From NCBI RefSeq assembly GCF_000009705.1, contig NC_003276.1, positions 300,001-332,000 on the forward strand: a stretch of 32,000 nt of DNA, read 5' to 3'. The stretch comes from Nostoc sp. PCC 7120 = FACHB-418. Its GTDB lineage: Bacteria; Cyanobacteriota; Cyanobacteriia; Cyanobacteriales; Nostocaceae. The notes under the pieces are model-generated. The model made no database searches, was not told where the DNA came from, and worked only from the letters and a program-made list of their open reading frames with translations. Shown one piece after another: positions 6,235-13,999 of this stretch (positions are counted from its first letter, which is position 1; the number at the start of each line of letters is the position of its first letter). The position numbers were made by a program, and so were the translations under genes.

Positions 6235-6261
6235 ATATTATCACGCTAGGAACTTGTGCAA
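6235..6261 (-). promoter_or_regulatory. candidate promoter of precursors F and E (TTGCAC, 15-nt spacer, TGaTAATAT)
   Basis: On the minus strand: -35-like TTGCAC (6256-6261), extended -10 TG (6242-6243) and TAATAT (6235-6240). Lies about 40 nt upstream of the F ATG in the divergent region shared with the second ABC gene. Confidence 0.45.
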
Positions 6262-6307
6262 GTGATATCCTCGTTGTTAATGACAGAAAACAAGCCCATC
6301 TGGTCAA

Positions 6308-8449
6308 ATGACAGAAAAAGCCCTACGGGAACTAGCCTCTGTCCTCAATCCCGCCGCTAATCTTCCCCAAGGAGAAACACCCTTACTAGTTGCTGTGGGT
6401 GCTGTAGGAAAAGCATTGGGGATAACTATTCGCCCACCTGCAAAAACTGAAATTCTTCTTAGCGGACTCCCGGAAACCCTCTTAGGAATTGCCCGTGCTT
6501 CTGGTTTCCGCATCCGTCGAGTTACCCTCATACCCAACTGGTGGAAAACAGATTGCGGTTCTCTAGTAGCTTTTACTCAAGCAGAAAATCGCCCTGTTGC
6601 TCTACTCAGGGTAAAAGCTAACAAGTATGAGATACTTGACTCTGTAGATTTGACGTACACTCCTGTCAACCGCCAAACTGCTGCACAACTCGCACCCATC
6701 GCCTATACTTTTTATCGCCCCTTACCAGACAAAGAAATTACATTCTTAGATATGCTGCAATTTACCCTTAGAGGGAGTACAGCAGATTTGCTGAAAATCC
6801 TCTGGGTGGGAGTATTTGCAACTTTGTTCGGGATGTTTACCCCGCAAATAACAGGCATTCTCATCGACTATGCCATTCCCGATGCGAACCGCCAATTATT
6901 AATTGAGATGGGTTTAGGGTTGTTAGCCGCTAGCTTTGGGGTGACAATCTTTCAACTGACTCAAGCTTTTGCCATTTTGCGAGTACAAACCCAAGTCAGT
7001 TACGATACTCAAGCTGCGGTTTGGGATCGACTCCTCAAACTTAAACCCGCCTTTTTTCGCTCCTATTCCACAGGGGATCTCTATAATCGCGTCTCCGCTA
7101 TGACTCAGATTCGCAACCGATTGAGCGGTAGCATTCTGCGAACCTTATTCACGAGTATATTCTCATTGTTAAATTTGGGATTGCTATTAATCTATAGTTT
7201 TCCTCTGGCATTAGTAGCAATGGCGATCGCTTTGGTAATAGTTCTGATTACTACTATTATTAGTCTGCTTACCCGCCGAAAATTACGTCCCCTCCAGCAG
7301 CTTTCGGGAGACATTCTGGGACTAACAGTGCAGTTAATCGGTGGAGTCTCTAAACTGCGAGTTGCTGCTGCTGAATCAGAGGCGTTTGCTTACTGGGCAA
7401 AAAAATACACTCAGCAGGTAAAACTGATGTTAAGTACCCAATTCATTGAAGATGTGCTGACCACCTTTAATGTTATGCTGCCAGCAGTCAGTTCAATTGC
7501 GCTGTTTGGATTGTCTGTTTCCTTGCTGGGAAAGGCTGAGGGAGGAACGGGATTATCTACGGGGACATTTCTCGCCTTTAATACTGCCTTTGGTACTTTT
7601 ATCGCCAGTGCCACAAGATTAAGCAACACCCTCATAGATATTTTAGAAATCACGATTTTATGGGAACGCACCCAACCCATTTTAAAAACAAAACCAGAAG
7701 TTGATGCTGATAAATTCCATCCTGGCAAGCTTTCTGGTGAAATTAAATTAAACCAAGTTAGCTTTCGCTACCGCCAAGATAGTCCTTTAGTTTTAGAGAA
7801 TATCGCGCTAGAAGCCAAAGCCGGGGAATTTATTGCGATTGTCGGAGCATCGGGAAGTGGAAAATCCACTGTTCTAAGGTTATTACTGGGATTTGAAACC
7901 CCAGAGGCAGGAACAATCTCCTATGATGGCAGAGATTTGTCGGGATTAGATATTGCAGCCGTGCGGCGACAATTGGGAGTAGTGCTGCAAAATGGGCGAA
8001 TTATGAGTGGTTCGATTTGGGAGAATATTGCTGGGGGCGCAATTGTTACCCAAGATGAAGCTTGGTCAGCATTGCAGATGGCTGGATTAGCGGAGGATGT
8101 GGAAGCAATGCCTATGGGGATACATACTATTATTTCCGAAGGAGGGGGCAACGTTTCAGGAGGACAGCGCCAGAGGTTATTTATCGCCCGTGCGTTGGTA
8201 CATAAACCGCAGATTTTACTGTTTGATGAGGCGACATCGGCGTTAGATAATCGCACCCAGGCGATCGTGACTCAAAGTTTAGCACAATTGGGAGTCACTC
8301 GCGTAGTGATTGCCCATCGTTTAAGTACAATTCGTCATGCAGACATGATTTATGTGCTGCAAGCAGGGAAGATAGTCCAGCAGGGAAGTTTTGAGGAATT
8401 AGCAGCCGTTGAGGGGTTATTTGCTAATTTGATGGCGCGACAGAGATAG
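6308..8449 (+). CDS. ABC transporter permease/ATPase without an active peptidase motif (NHLM-type second ABC subunit)
   Basis: 713-aa ORF. The ~150-aa N-terminal domain lacks the Q..ECG peptidase motif. Followed by a TM domain, Walker A GASGSGKST, signature VSGGQRQR, Walker B LLFDEATSALD and H-loop IAHRLS. Confidence 0.93.
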   Translation: MTEKALRELASVLNPAANLPQGETPLLVAVGAVGKALGITIRPPAKTEILLSGLPETLLGIARASGFRIRRVTLIPNWWKTDCGSLVAFTQAENRPVALLRVKANKYEILDSVDLTYTPVNRQTAAQLAPIAYTFYRPLPDKEITFLDMLQFTLRGSTADLLKILWVGVFATLFGMFTPQITGILIDYAIPDANRQLLIEMGLGLLAASFGVTIFQLTQAFAILRVQTQVSYDTQAAVWDRLLKLKPAFFRSYSTGDLYNRVSAMTQIRNRLSGSILRTLFTSIFSLLNLGLLLIYSFPLALVAMAIALVIVLITTIISLLTRRKLRPLQQLSGDILGLTVQLIGGVSKLRVAAAESEAFAYWAKKYTQQVKLMLSTQFIEDVLTTFNVMLPAVSSIALFGLSVSLLGKAEGGTGLSTGTFLAFNTAFGTFIASATRLSNTLIDILEITILWERTQPILKTKPEVDADKFHPGKLSGEIKLNQVSFRYRQDSPLVLENIALEAKAGEFIAIVGASGSGKSTVLRLLLGFETPEAGTISYDGRDLSGLDIAAVRRQLGVVLQNGRIMSGSIWENIAGGAIVTQDEAWSALQMAGLAEDVEAMPMGIHTIISEGGGNVSGGQRQRLFIARALVHKPQILLFDEATSALDNRTQAIVTQSLAQLGVTRVVIAHRLSTIRHADMIYVLQAGKIVQQGSFEELAAVEGLFANLMARQR

Positions 8450-8543
8450 TGGCGTGGCCAAGCTAAAAGAGTGTGAAAATATAGTTATTGTGGTGTGGGA
8501 ACTCCTATAGAAGGGCTAGAGAGCTTATCCTCCAAGAGAATTT

Positions 8544-8687
8544 TCATCCAAGACCACTACCCCCAGATCCTGTTCTACCACCGATTACATTTTTCAAGTC
8601 TTCCAGTGAGAGTTGCGAGAGAGGCAGAACGTCAATTATTGATGATTTGCTTGTCTTAGAATGAGGTTGATAATTGGCTTTTTTCAT
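8544..8687 (-). CDS. double-glycine-leader precursor peptide G, 47 aa, core RTGSGGSGLG
   Basis: MKKANYQPHSKTSKSSIIDVLPLSQLSLEDLKNVIGG|RTGSGGSGLG*. Has the textbook LSxxDLxxVxGG motif. GGAGA lies 10 nt upstream of this ATG. It is the internal Met of track ORF 8544..8756. Confidence 0.7.
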   Translation of the reverse strand: MKKANYQPHSKTSKSSIIDVLPLSQLSLEDLKNVIGGRTGSGGSGLG

Positions 8688-8735
8688 ATCAAAGATATCT
8701 CCGATTTTAGAAATGAGAGTATAAATTTTTGGTAT

Positions 8736-8763
8736 TTTATACTGACTTAATGTCAAGTTTCAA
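8736..8763 (-). promoter_or_regulatory. candidate sigma70-type promoter of precursor G (TTGAAA, 16-nt spacer, TATAAA)
   Basis: Minus-strand TTGAAA (8758-8763) and TATAAA (8736-8741) with a 16-nt spacer. Lies about 50 nt upstream of the ATG at 8687. Confidence 0.35.
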
Positions 8764-8788
8764 GATTTTTACATCTAAAATTACATGA

Positions 8789-10237
8789 ATGTCTGACAAA
8801 AAACGCAGTATCTTTCGTCAACAAGCACTTGATCGCCTATCTTCTCCAGAACGTTTGGATCATTTGATGCAAGTTGTTAACCACAAAGATTGGTTATCTT
8901 TGGGCGGATTGGCTATTTTTGGGGTTTTAGGTGTACTCTGGAGCGTGTTTGGTAATATTCCCATCACAGTCACAGGAAAGGGAGTGTTAATTAATCCCCG
9001 GCGGGTGGTGCAGTTTCAGTCTCCGATATCGGGACAGGTGCGATCGCTAAATGTTAAAGATGGACAATGTGTAGCCAAGGATGATATTCTCGCCACCATC
9101 GATCCCTCTCAACAAAAACAGCAATTACAGCAACAACGGGATAAACTAGCTCAATTACAACGACAAGTCCAAAAAACTACTTTACTGCGACAACAACAAA
9201 CCCAGTTAGAAACAGAAGCGATTGCTGCTGAAAGAACAAGTTTAAAACAACGGTTGCAAAATACTCAAAAATTAGCTCCTCGCCTGCAAGATGAAGGATT
9301 AAATAGCATTGACCAACAGCGTCTTAGTCTTCAAGAACGTCTCAAAGATGTAGAAGAATTAACGCCTGTACTCCAAAAAAGAGTTGAAAAACAACGGGAA
9401 TTGCAAAAGCAAGGAGCAATTTCCGAAGAACAAGTTTTACAAGCAGAACAAGAATATCGCCAAACCCGTCAGAATATCTCAAAGATTAAAGCACAGTTAC
9501 AGCAATTACGAGTCCAAGAAACAGAACAACAGCAAAAATATTTGGAAAATAAAAATAATATTACCCAAATTAACGCTGAGTTAGAAAAATTAAATACCCG
9601 TAGCAAACAACTAGAACAGAATAATCTAGCAGCTGATAATACTGAAAACAATCAAATTCAGGAATTGCAGCAAGCGATCGCTCGCTGGGAAAAAGAAGTT
9701 GCAGACAACAGTACCATTAAAAGTTCTCACGCTGGATGTATTGTAGAAATAACCGCTACTCTAGGGCAATATCTCAGTCCAGGCAACCGTCTAGGAACTT
9801 TGCAAATATCTGGACAAGCCAGCGAAATGATGAGCGTTGCTTATTTTAGGGTACAAGATGGCAAGCAAATTAAACCAGGAATGCCGATTTTAATTACACC
9901 AGATACGGTCAAGCGGGCAAGATTTGGGGGGATTGTCGGGAAAATTACTAATATTTCAGCCTTTCCTGTCACCTCGGAAGGTGCAAGTTCTGTAGTAGGA
10001 AACCCAGAATTAGTCCAAAAAGTGATGGATGGGGAAGGAGGGAAAATAGAGGCGATCGCGCAATTAAAACTTGACCCTAAGAACTTTAGCGGTTATGAGT
10101 GGTCATCTTCTGATGGGCCAAAGTTGGCAATTTCTCCAGGAACAACTACCACTGTCAGAGTAACAGTAGAAGAGCGATCGCCCATCACTTTTGTTTTGCC
10201 AATTTTAAGGGAGTGGAGTCGGCTAGAAAATCTTTGA
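8789..10237 (+). CDS. HlyD-family membrane fusion / secretion adaptor protein (NHLM-type)
   Basis: 482-aa ORF. N-terminal FRQQALDRLSSPERLD, a single TM helix (WLSLGGLAIFGVLGVLWSVFG), barrel/lipoyl segments around a ~200-aa Q/E/K-rich coiled coil. Confidence 0.9.
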   Translation: MSDKKRSIFRQQALDRLSSPERLDHLMQVVNHKDWLSLGGLAIFGVLGVLWSVFGNIPITVTGKGVLINPRRVVQFQSPISGQVRSLNVKDGQCVAKDDILATIDPSQQKQQLQQQRDKLAQLQRQVQKTTLLRQQQTQLETEAIAAERTSLKQRLQNTQKLAPRLQDEGLNSIDQQRLSLQERLKDVEELTPVLQKRVEKQRELQKQGAISEEQVLQAEQEYRQTRQNISKIKAQLQQLRVQETEQQQKYLENKNNITQINAELEKLNTRSKQLEQNNLAADNTENNQIQELQQAIARWEKEVADNSTIKSSHAGCIVEITATLGQYLSPGNRLGTLQISGQASEMMSVAYFRVQDGKQIKPGMPILITPDTVKRARFGGIVGKITNISAFPVTSEGASSVVGNPELVQKVMDGEGGKIEAIAQLKLDPKNFSGYEWSSSDGPKLAISPGTTTTVRVTVEERSPITFVLPILREWSRLENL

Positions 10238-10361
10238 TGTGGCAAGGAACTAAGAACTCGCATCGAATGTGTTGTCGTAGTTGATGTGAACAGTTTACTA
10301 ACCTAAAAACCAAAAGCATTTTTCCCTTTGAAGCTTTATCCATCTGATTAGAGCAAGATTA

Positions 10362-11207
10362 TTGGAGTTGATTTGCTATCGAATCTGGACGAAAACCACT
10401 GAATTAAAACAAGTGGAATATGAATACACCACCTTCCAGGCGCAAAAAATCAGTTCTGCCCAATCTAGGGATAATACATCACCAGATAACTTTGCCCAGA
10501 AGGATATCTCCAAAGAAGAAAATCCAGCTACAGCAACTATTACAGTTAATGCTGTTGAGATACCTGAATTAACCGAGCAGGAGCAGAGCGATCGCCTGTT
10601 TTTAAAACGTAAGGTCGAAAGGGCGTTTTTTGAAGCGGGGAAGGCACTCATGGAACTGCGCGATCGCAGATTGTACCGTTCGACCCATGCAACATTTGAG
10701 GAGTATTGTAAGGACAGGTTTGGATACAACCGTTCTCGTTCCTACCAGCTAATTGATGCCGCTATCGTTGTGGACAATCTGCAAAAATGTCCACAATTTG
10801 TGGACATTTTACCAACAGCCGAAGGTCAAGTACGCCCTTTAACAAAGCTTGAACCGCAAGAACAGCAAGAGGCTTGGCCAACTGCTGTGGAAGAAACTGG
10901 TGGTAAAGTGCCAACTGGCCGCATCGTTAAAGATGTGGTGCAGCGAATTATGGAGCGCACCCAAGTACCTAATAGTTATCAGATTGGCGAAGTGTGCCAA
11001 ATCTTAGCTAAAGATAACCCCGAACTCAGAGGCAAAGGCGGGTGTTGGTGCATAGTGGTTGCTGTCCATGACTTCAGTTGTACCGTTAGAATTTGGGACG
11101 GAGAACTGACGGCTGGGCTGAAGCATCTCAAGTCCTTCGATTACTTGCCTGTGGAATGTCAGCAGATGCAGGAGATTTGCGATGGCGTTCCGCAAGAGCG
11201 TAGCTGA
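10362..11207 (+). CDS. hypothetical protein with a ParB/KorB-like helix-turn-helix segment
   Basis: 281-aa ORF with a TTG start and no in-frame ATG before residue ~95. Contains the motif LMELRDRRLYRSTHATFEEYCKDRFGYNRSRSYQLIDAAIVVDNL, typical of ParB-like DNA-binding proteins. Both start and 3' end are uncertain. Confidence 0.5.
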   Translation: MELICYRIWTKTTELKQVEYEYTTFQAQKISSAQSRDNTSPDNFAQKDISKEENPATATITVNAVEIPELTEQEQSDRLFLKRKVERAFFEAGKALMELRDRRLYRSTHATFEEYCKDRFGYNRSRSYQLIDAAIVVDNLQKCPQFVDILPTAEGQVRPLTKLEPQEQQEAWPTAVEETGGKVPTGRIVKDVVQRIMERTQVPNSYQIGEVCQILAKDNPELRGKGGCWCIVVAVHDFSCTVRIWDGELTAGLKHLKSFDYLPVECQQMQEICDGVPQERS

Positions 11208-11466
11208 TCGCATCGGTCGGATGTACCCCGGTGATTTAGAAGGGTCGGTGCAGAGGTTTTTGGAGTCGCTAGGCAAGCTAAACTGACGCAATATTTCTTA
11301 AACTTGAGATTTCCTCGATAATAATCATAGAGTTAAGTATATCCACTGATTTTGCACAATCTTTATAAAGAATTTATTCCTAAAGATAAGTATATAAGTG
11401 TATTCTCGTATCAATGTCGATAAAATCACATTGAATTTTATTTTTACGTATATAAATCAGAGTAAT

Positions 11467-12207
11467 ATGATGGAAAATTTTCAAGTTCAAGAACTGCTGA
11501 TTGTGATCGCTGTTCGGCAGCAAAACCCCAGTATTTTGACCGCAGACTTTCTCAAGTATACGGGGATTATCCCCAGTGACTGGGAATTAGCTAGACCACC
11601 AGTTTTAACCAACACTGCGGCTCAGGTTGTTTACCAGAATGGTGTGAGCATTGTTGCAGAGGTCAATAGGGTGATTTTTGCAGAAGCGATCGCCAATAAA
11701 GAAGCAAGCGATGTGCAAATTGCGGCGATCGCTCATAAATATATTGAAACAGTCAAACAAGTGGACTATCAGGGCGTGGGAATTAACTTACGAGGACTTG
11801 CACCTTACGAGCCAGAAAACTTGGGCGGACGCAACTACACGTTTAGTAAACTTCTCCAACCAGGAGCATGGCAGGATTTTGGTTCTGCGCCTGTAGAAGC
11901 GTCAATGAGGCTAGTTTATACGCTGAACGAGACTCAGCTATATCTGGATATTAATGAAGCTCAATTACAGTATCCAGACAAAACTACTAAGCCAGCAGTT
12001 TTGTTTTCGGCTAACTTCAGTCGAGCGATAAATCACGAAGAACCAGCAGCACGGTTGGCAGCTATCAGTGCAGTGATTGACAAGTGGCAAGGTGATGTTA
12101 AAACACTCAAAGAGCTTGTCAATAGTAAGTTTTTGGATAATCAAAGCTATTCCATCAATACGGCAACGACTGAGACGCTGTTATTTCCTGCTGCGATCGC
12201 TGGGTAA
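11467..12207 (+). CDS. hypothetical protein, ~246 aa
   Basis: Track ORF 11398..12207. The first ATG (ATGATG at 11467) is preferred over the GTG at 11398, which lies in AT-rich promoter-like sequence. No motif recognised. Confidence 0.55.
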   Translation: MMENFQVQELLIVIAVRQQNPSILTADFLKYTGIIPSDWELARPPVLTNTAAQVVYQNGVSIVAEVNRVIFAEAIANKEASDVQIAAIAHKYIETVKQVDYQGVGINLRGLAPYEPENLGGRNYTFSKLLQPGAWQDFGSAPVEASMRLVYTLNETQLYLDINEAQLQYPDKTTKPAVLFSANFSRAINHEEPAARLAAISAVIDKWQGDVKTLKELVNSKFLDNQSYSINTATTETLLFPAAIAG

Positions 12208-12983
12208 TTTTAAAGATTTATTTTCGTTTCATTTAAAGAGATGCTTATTTGTTCATACCTTTGGTAGCTCGTGGCTACTTGGTTTTTGATGTGTAAGTGA
12301 TTACCCTTAATTATTTAATACCCCTTACTCTCAGCATTTTTTGATGAACCTATCCCACCCTGAAAAAGCTCATTAAGAAGATGAATAATACTTATATCCT
12401 CCGTAACAATCTAGTTGTAGAGTCTCCCTTAATTATTGACCTAACTATGTTAGGGGTTTTAGAACAATCTCTGGTTCTGCTGCAAGAACGACTGCGAGCT
12501 TTTGCTGATGACTCAGATTTTGCTCAAAAGATGGCAGTAGCTTTTGGGGAAGGGGTTGCGGTTGAGTCTTTACGAACAACGTGGTTGGCAGGGGATTTTA
12601 GTATTATTCCTCAAATAGCGATTCGCAATGCAGCAGATATTAATGGTGCGAATGGAGTTTATGGGGTATTTACTAACCGGATTTATCTATCTTGGGAATT
12701 TTTGCAAGCGAATCAGGGGAATCCAGAAAATTTAGTAGAGTTGTTGCTAGAGGAAATTGGGCATCGAGTTGATAGTGTTTTGAACAATAGCGATAGTGCT
12801 GGGGATGAAGGGGCAATTTTCTCTGCATTAGTGCAAGGAAAAAGTTTTGGTAATGAAGCTTTGGCACGCTTAAAGGCGGAGGATGATTCAGCAGTTATTA
12901 CTATTTATGGGCAGGTTATCGCAGTTGAACAGCAGAATTTCACTGGTACTAATGGAAATAACACAATAATCGGAACCTCTGGC

Positions 12984-13183
12984 GACGACACAATTAACGC
13001 AGGATTAGGAAGCGATAGTGTAGATGGTGGTGCAGGGAATGAACTGTTAATCGTCGATTATTCTAGTAACACTTATACTGGTACAAGTTCCGGCATATCA
13101 AGTTCGGTATCCAGCAATGGCGCAGGGGGATTTAACGGTTATTATCAAGCCTACAATGGCTCTAGTTACGATACAGTTAATTT
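12984..13183 (+). repeat. direct repeat R1, left part (paralog of 15332-15533)
   Basis: Differs from 15332-15533 by 4 substitutions plus a 2-nt indel. Confidence 0.9.
13176..13183. repeat. target-site duplication, left copy (gttaattt, possibly 9 bp including c)
   Basis: The same 8-mer directly flanks the other IS end at 14861-14868. The uninterrupted paralog at 15526-15540 reads gttaatttctctaac. Confidence 0.85.
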
Positions 13184-13208
13184 CTAGCGTGGCAAAACTT
13201 ACTAGAGA
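13184..13208. repeat. IS terminal inverted repeat (left in window)
   Basis: ctagcgtggcaaaacttactagaga is the exact reverse complement of 14836-14860. Confidence 0.9.
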
Positions 13209-13999
13209 AGACGACTCTCTAGATTAGCCAAGTAAGCCTTGGGGTCTCTGCGAAATCGATACTGTTCAATTCTGGCTTTGTGGTGTTTTTGCAATTGAGA
13301 GCGTAATTCGAGCCAAGTATGAATATCAACTTGTGCTAAATCAGATGCGGTAAAAGAATGAAGCTTAGTAGCTATCGCACAGGCAAGTTTGACAGAACCA
13401 CGAATAACGAGAGATGAGGGGGCAACCTTACGACCGGTACAACGACGTTGATGATAACGTAGCATACCAAAAGCGTGTTCTAAGTCATTATTAGTTCTAG
13501 GAAAATCTTCAATTTCATAACAATGAAAAAGTCCAGACCAGTAGCTGTGGGTGGTTTTTATAAAGTTATCGATTGCAGTGTTCAGGGTACCAGCTTTCTG
13601 CTTTTGTTGAGACATTTCTGTCAACAGTTGCTGATAACTTTGTTTGACCCCAGCAGCATCAAGACCTATTTTATTGTTGAGAATATTACTAGCTTTATCA
13701 ACCCACTGATATGCAACCCTCACAGGTGAAAATAAAGATGCAGTAGCAGATAATCCCTTAGCTAGAAGGTGTTTTAGGTTAACTAAAGGTGGTGGTAAAG
13801 CACTTCTTTTTTCCATCCTTTCTAAGCTTTGTTCTATCAAAGTCAAATTTTCTTGTAACTTTAATCCAGATGCCTCTAACGGTGGATGTCCATCATTGGT
13901 TATAGAACTACGGACTGCCGAGCAATAATCTTCAATAATAGTCACCAAATCCTTATCTTCATTGGTAACACTACGTTCAATTTCTCGTAATCCTCTAAC
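13202..13999 (-). CDS. transposase, C-terminal part (other frame, open back to the A10 run)
   Basis: The frame of track ORF 13202..13948 stays open upstream and reads KKKVRGLREIERSVTNEDKDLVTIIEDY... from the A run. Its stop lies inside the left IR. Confidence 0.7.
   Translation of the reverse strand, partial: VRGLREIERSVTNEDKDLVTIIEDYCSAVRSSITNDGHPPLEASGLKLQENLTLIEQSLERMEKRSALPPPLVNLKHLLAKGLSATASLFSPVRVAYQWVDKASNILNNKIGLDAAGVKQSYQQLLTEMSQQKQKAGTLNTAIDNFIKTTHSYWSGLFHCYEIEDFPRTNNDLEHAFGMLRYHQRRCTGRKVAPSSLVIRGSVKLACAIATKLHSFTASDLAQVDIHTWLELRSQLQKHHKARIEQYRFRRDPKAYLANLESRLL

Larger units (their letters stand above)
12381..13187 (+). pseudogene. 5' fragment of the giant RTX exoprotein gene, truncated by an IS insertion
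   Basis: Has an N-terminal domain with LLLEEIGHRVDSVLNNSDSAGDEGAIFSALV, followed by GxGxD repeats. The TAG at 13185-13187 is supplied by the IS end. The frame continues seamlessly at 14861. Confidence 0.8.

Noticed and set aside
3000-6250. The periodic ~640-bp repeats could be taken for a CRISPR-like or satellite array.
   Set aside because: The units are far too long and have no short repeat/spacer structure. Each contains a translatable, conserved peptide gene with terminator and promoter elements plus a transporter-gene fragment. This is a tandem gene amplification.
1043-8256. Minus-strand ORFs inside the two ABC genes: 1043..1267, 2609..2839, 2884..3120, 6304..6537, 7411..7728 and 7921..8256.
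   Set aside because: They are embedded in, or overlap, strongly supported + strand CDSs with complete ABC motifs, and so are frame shadows.
8544-8687. Possible PatS/HetN-like morphogen, because the core RTGSGGSGLG is superficially reminiscent of RGSGR.
   Set aside because: The RGSGR (or RGTGR) pentapeptide is not actually present; the order here is R-T-G-S-G-G. The resemblance is compositional only. It is kept only as a generic signalling-peptide hypothesis.
9384-9651. ORFs 9384..9584(+) and 9469..9651(-) inside hlyD.
   Set aside because: They are low-complexity K/N/Q translations of the coiled-coil-encoding CAA/AAA-rich region and lie out of frame with the real gene.
10376-11291. Minus-strand ORFs 10376..10729 and 11004..11291.
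   Set aside because: They are antisense to the ParB-like gene and have no motifs or plausible composition.
11678-12289. Plus-strand ORFs 11678..11896 and 12077..12289, and minus-strand ORF 12673..12867.
   Set aside because: They are out-of-frame overlaps with longer, better-supported ORFs.
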